A DNA stretch of 64,000 nt from Eukaryota sp. GEM-RC1 (taxonomy: Eukaryota), in NCBI GenBank assembly GCA_040285855.1, contig JAUFOQ010000001.1:3596001-3660000 (forward strand). Direction: 5' to 3'. The notes under the pieces are model-generated. The model was given only the letters and a program-made list of their open reading frames with translations, did no database searches and was not told the origin of the DNA. Of this stretch, positions 62,420 through 64,000 are shown piece by piece. A program made the translations under genes and the position numbers. Each line of letters begins with the position of its first letter. Position 1 is the stretch's first letter.

Positions 62420-63751
62420 AATGAGAGAGATGTTAATGTCCTGATTGATGATCCTGCAGATGACTCTTTTTTAATACATGGGTCAATCAAAGATAATTAA
62501 TCCTACATTAGCTCGATTCACTAGGTCAAGGGCCATCTACAAATATTTAGAGAAGGAAGTGGGTCTGCAGATCTCACAAGATTATCCCACGTTATTTAAA
62601 AATAATTGTTATACACATTTTCTTTGAAACACGCACATATAAGACGGTTTTGATGTCGATTCTTTTAAAAATACAACACAGAAATCGAAAATTTTTAACA
62701 AATCAATCAGTGTAATGCACAACAGCAATGAATATGTATTACAATTGATGGTATTTTCAAAATTCAAATGTTTAATTTATAATTGATTCCATCGGTTTCT
62801 TGTTTTCTTAATTGAATTTGTGCCAATATCAAGCTTCAAAGATGTTGGTATTCAACCAACTCTTAATAAGACTCTTATTAAGAGAGAAAGATTATCGAGT
62901 TATTTCAATTTTGATTGAATTTAATACACTGAAGTAATTTGTGGTGATTATGTAATTTCTACTGGGGCGATGTTTGTAGTTCAAGATTGAACCCATTTGC
63001 ACACTCTGTATTTTAAATGAATATGCCAATAATTAAACAACCAACAATTGATAAAAAATTTCATACCAATAGTACATATGGAGTCTTAATCTAAGACTCT
63101 TGAAACCTCTAAATAAATACATGGTGAACAAAAACAGAAAATTTGCTGTTAATGTCCTTTCAAATAACGGTATCTTTCCCGCAAATTAAACATTACAGTG
63201 GGATTTAAAAAATCTAATTAGTTTCAGATGTCGATCATAATTTTCTTTGAATGTGTAAATCTTATCTTAAGATTTATGACAAGAACAAAACAGACACGTC
63301 AACATTAAACAGTTTTTTACTTATTATTTTTCATCTTTTCTATTGGTTGCATTTTTGACAGTACAATCATTTACACCGTGATTTCTATAACTTACTAGTA
63401 TATTAGAGGATCTGATCACATTAAGGATAACGATCTAGTGATCTATAAAACTGATCACAAATACCAGTTTTTCTAACCTAGACTAGTGAAATAAACCGAA
63501 GTACATCAACAAGAATGATTGCCCCCAAAGGCTTCTTTGAGTTCTTTCCATAAGTTTGTTAACCCAGCTTTATCTACAGAAACCTGACGCTAAAAGAAGC
63601 CAAGTTATACATCAACAACATGTACAATGTAGTTAGGTATTGTACTGGGGTATTGGTTAGTTGACTCTTGACTTTGGTTGACTTGTTTGTTTTCAATGTT
63701 TCAGTAATTTGACCTCTCTTAGCCTTTTCTGACTTCTCTTTGTTCTTTTCA

Positions 63752-64000
63752 ATGGAATTACCTAATCTCGACAGTCCTGTTTCTGTTCATTCTTTCACCT
63801 CTTCGTCTTCTGGTTCCCCAATTGTTTCTCTACCTCCCTTCATTGAGGAACGATTGCATAGCTGCAGGTGTCATTCCGGTCACAGCCTTGTTCCCCAGTG
63901 CTACTCAAACAGCTCGCTACTGCCGTGTTCAGGAAGCCATGCTTCTTCGCGTTCTTTCCCTTCAATGGTGAAACAAATATCTCACAATGAGTTCACCGCC
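63752..64000 (+). CDS. N-terminus of a hypothetical protein, runs off window end
   Basis: ATG at 63752, open for 83 codons (MELPNLDSPV...), CT-rich like other gene starts, preceded by a TTGAC cluster. Confidence 0.45.
   Translation, partial: MELPNLDSPVSVHSFTSSSSGSPIVSLPPFIEERLHSCRCHSGHSLVPQCYSNSSLLPCSGSHASSRSFPSMVKQISHNEFTA

Overview
AT-rich, gene-dense eukaryotic DNA, most likely from a flagellated protist. The evidence is an outer-arm dynein gamma heavy chain, SAS-4/CENPJ, an androglobin-like protein, Aquarius, MAF1, and tiny 28-30 nt GT-AG introns. Blocks of tightly packed housekeeping genes alternate with patchwork islands of transposon debris. The debris comprises about 13 fragments of a CRE-like (RLE-endonuclease) non-LTR retrotransposon from several subfamilies, two hAT-type MITEs and a MULE derivative with clear TIRs/TSDs, and a disrupted hAT transposase. 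Most long genes are broken by 1-2 nt indels at homopolymers, best explained as long-read consensus errors. Three signals stand out. (1) Three dispersed BTB-coiled coil-SPRY paralogs have near-identical frameworks, hypervariable SPRY loops and modular heptad stalks; with a RING-kinase-Sel1 gene whose 108-bp repeats vary only at fixed positions, they suggest a diversified ubiquitin-linked recognition (immune-like) repertoire. (2) The 9-mer ACGTCATCA/TGATGACGT occurs about 25 times, on both strands and in several frames, inside host genes but not in TE DNA. (3) Retroelement 3' ends are repeatedly found in tail-to-tail or back-to-back pairs. All calls were made by eye; no searches were run.
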